A DNA stretch of 51,450 bases from NCBI RefSeq assembly GCF_033763155.1, contig NZ_JANRKZ010000233.1:1-51450 (forward strand), written 5' to 3'. This document shows positions 49,373-51,450 of this stretch, piece by piece (within the stretch, counting starts at the first letter, position 1; every line of letters begins with the position of its first letter). The stretch comes from Microcella sp. (lineage in GTDB: Bacteria; Actinomycetota; Actinomycetes; Actinomycetales; Microbacteriaceae). Below the pieces are notes generated by a model that was not told where the DNA came from, did not search any database, and saw only the letters and a program-made list of their open reading frames with translations. The position numbers and the translations under genes are program-made.

Positions 49373-50329
49373 CTAGGCCAAATTGAGCGCCGCGAGCGAC
49401 TGGCGAATGGTCTCAGCGGAGGCGTGCAACAGTCGCTCTTCATCGGCCGAGAAGGGCACATCGATGACACGTGACACACCCTCGGCCCCGATGATGCTCG
49501 GCACCGACAGGGCCACGCCGCTGACTCCGCGATAGTCATCGAGCACCGAACTGACGGGCAGCACGGCGCCTTCGTCATTGAGCACCGCCTCGACGATGCG
49601 GGCTCCGGAGAGGCCGATGGCGTAGTTGGTTGCTCCCTTTCCGGCGATGACCTTATAGGCCGCCGTCTTGACCTCGTACGCGATCTGGTCAAGCTCTTCA
49701 ACCGTGATGAGTTCGCCGCGGTCATCGACCCACTCGCGCACGGGAATCGGCCCGATGCGGCACTGCGACCAGAGGGCAAACTCGCTGTCTCCGTGTTCGC
49801 CCACGATCATGGCGTGCACGCTCGAGGCGGTAACGCCCACCCGTTCGGCGAGGCGCCACTTGAGACGTGAGCTGTCGAGCACGGTGCCACTCGAGAAGAC
49901 GCGGCCCGCCGGAAGTCCACTGAAGCGCTGAGCGGCCACCGCGAGAACGTCGCAGGGATTCGTCACGAGCACGTACACCGCATCGGGCGCTCGCTCGATG
50001 AGTTCGGGCATGAGCGTTTCGAGAATGCCGACATTGACTCCGGCGAGGTCGAGTCGACTCTGGCCAGGGTGCTGCTTCGCCCCTGCCGTCACCACCACGA
50101 TGTTCGCACCGGCAACAACGTCGAGGTCGGCACTGCCGCGAATGGTGCTCGACCCCGTGAATGGCGTGCCATGCGCCAGATCGAGCACTTCTGCCTCAAC
50201 GCGCGCGGCATCGATGTCGTAGAGCACAACCTCACGCGCAGAGCCTCGAATGAGCGATGCGTAGGCAAGCGACGAGCCGACGGCTCCTGCTCCGATGATG
50301 GCCAGGCGGGAATTCTCGTGAACGGTCAT
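49373..50329 (-). CDS. ldh: L-lactate dehydrogenase
   Basis: GAGAVG, GAKQHPGQSRLDL, TNPCD, SGTVLDSSR, GEHGDS. Confidence 0.93.
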   Translation of the reverse strand: MTVHENSRLAIIGAGAVGSSLAYASLIRGSAREVVLYDIDAARVEAEVLDLAHGTPFTGSSTIRGSADLDVVAGANIVVVTAGAKQHPGQSRLDLAGVNVGILETLMPELIERAPDAVYVLVTNPCDVLAVAAQRFSGLPAGRVFSSGTVLDSSRLKWRLAERVGVTASSVHAMIVGEHGDSEFALWSQCRIGPIPVREWVDDRGELITVEELDQIAYEVKTAAYKVIAGKGATNYAIGLSGARIVEAVLNDEGAVLPVSSVLDDYRGVSGVALSVPSIIGAEGVSRVIDVPFSADEERLLHASAETIRQSLAALNLA

Positions 50330-50438
50330 GTGCTCAGACTGTCGGAGTCATGCTCACGGCACCAGGGCCGTTCGTCCCGCGAACGACGAAGGTCGACCGT
50401 TCAGCGCGCAGACGGCCTCGTGACCTAGCATCGGGAAC

Positions 50439-51104
50439 ATGAGCGACGACGCAGCACCGAGCACAATTCCCGTCGGTGGAATGCCCACCCGTTCGGGATC
50501 TGTCGCTCGGGTGTTGCTGTTGAGCGCCCTCGTGTCGCTCGCGATCATGGGCCTCGCGTTTCAGCTCGGCGTCGGCGACACCGTTTTCGCACGGCCCGGC
50601 GAATTGATGCTGCTCTACATCGATGTGGCCCCGGTGCTGTGGTTCGCAGCGGCCGCGGTTTTGCTCTCGGTGCTGCGCTGGCAATCCATCGACCAACGCT
50701 TTCGCTGGGTGTTTCTCGTGGCGATCGTCGCGGTGATCGTTTCGCTCGTCGTGCGACTCACCGTGCTTCAACAGTCGGTCATCGTCGCTCTGCTCGAACC
50801 ATTCACGGTCGGCTTTCTCGCCGTTGTCGGGGCGGCGATCCTCTTCACGCGCACGCGCGTGCGTCGGCTCGCGCGCGGCACCGAGGCCGGCATCACGATC
50901 ACGGGCATTGGCCTCGGCTTCGCGGTCGTCGGGCTCGGCATCGCCATCGGTGCATTGCGCGTCGCACTAGCTGGCCCACCCGGTCCGCCCGGCGCGGTGA
51001 CGCGGTACATCGAGACCTCGCCGACAACCGGGTTGCTCGTCGCCGCCACGATGCTCATGATCGCCGGGCTCTTTTGGCTCACTGACCGAACGCGGAACCG
51101 ATGA
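50439..51104 (+). CDS. Hypothetical membrane protein (about 6 TM)
   Basis: Six hydrophobic stretches. TAGCAT lies 7 nt before the ATG. The stop overlaps the next start (ATGA). Confidence 0.75.
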   Translation: MSDDAAPSTIPVGGMPTRSGSVARVLLLSALVSLAIMGLAFQLGVGDTVFARPGELMLLYIDVAPVLWFAAAAVLLSVLRWQSIDQRFRWVFLVAIVAVIVSLVVRLTVLQQSVIVALLEPFTVGFLAVVGAAILFTRTRVRRLARGTEAGITITGIGLGFAVVGLGIAIGALRVALAGPPGPPGAVTRYIETSPTTGLLVAATMLMIAGLFWLTDRTRNR

Positions 51105-51450
51105 ACACTGCACGCCCCGTCATTCTCGACGTCGACACGGGAGTCGACGATGCTCTCGCGATTCTGCTCGCCGTGCGTCATCCGGTTGTCGACGTGCGGG
51201 CGATCACGTGCACGGGCGGCAATGCGCCGCTCGCTCAGGTCGTGACCAACACGCTTCGGGTGCTGGATGCGGCCGGGGCCGGCAGCATCCCGGTTGCCGC
51301 CGGGGCGCACCGCCCTCTGCTCGAAGAGCCGCAGCACGCCGCCTCGATTCATGGAGCCGACGGCCTGGCCGACCTCGGACTCCCCGACTCGGCCCGCACG
51401 CCCGAACCCGTGCACGCGGTCGAGCTCCTGCGACGCACACTTGCCGCGTC
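51101..51450 (+). CDS. Nucleoside hydrolase (IU-NH family), 3' end off the window
   Basis: Not in ORF track. Manual translation MNTARPVILDVDTGVDDALAILL...CTGGN...IHGADGLADL with the DxDxxxDD motif. Confidence 0.92.
   Translation, partial: MNTARPVILDVDTGVDDALAILLAVRHPVVDVRAITCTGGNAPLAQVVTNTLRVLDAAGAGSIPVAAGAHRPLLEEPQHAASIHGADGLADLGLPDSARTPEPVHAVELLRRTLAA

Overview
High-GC actinobacterial chromosomal window. Gene order and protein style point to Microbacteriaceae (inference). It is almost all core genome: an M20 dipeptidase/DUF3043/pyrD/nrdR/hisD/dnaE block, the division and cell-wall (dcw) cluster on the minus strand (mraZ-rsmH-ftsL-ftsI-murE-[murF']-mraY-murD-ftsW-murG-murC-ftsQ-ftsZ-yggS-sepF-yggT-divIVA-rluA), the idsA/Rv2175c/LysM/pknL/DAHP synthase/plsC/glucokinase/fadD block, def, two ParA/MinD ATPases around pyc, the pgsA2-garA-ftsR-MerR block, and a more accessory-looking tail (DUF1295, LRV-repeat protein, SDR, Hsp15, ldh, membrane protein, nucleoside hydrolase). 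I saw no mobile element, CRISPR array, tRNA or rRNA. The main anomalies are in the dcw cluster. The murF slot holds an uninterrupted, translationally coupled, half-length (218 aa) MurF with no ATP-binding loop and degenerate catalytic motifs, a candidate pseudo-enzyme or scaffold. lspA is missing from its usual slot between divIVA and rluA. Non-coding signals include the mraW RNA hairpin, MraZ boxes, a shared palindrome upstream of ftsZ and a MerR gene, GACAC motifs and many leaderless promoters. All calls were made by eye from motifs and synteny; no searches were run.
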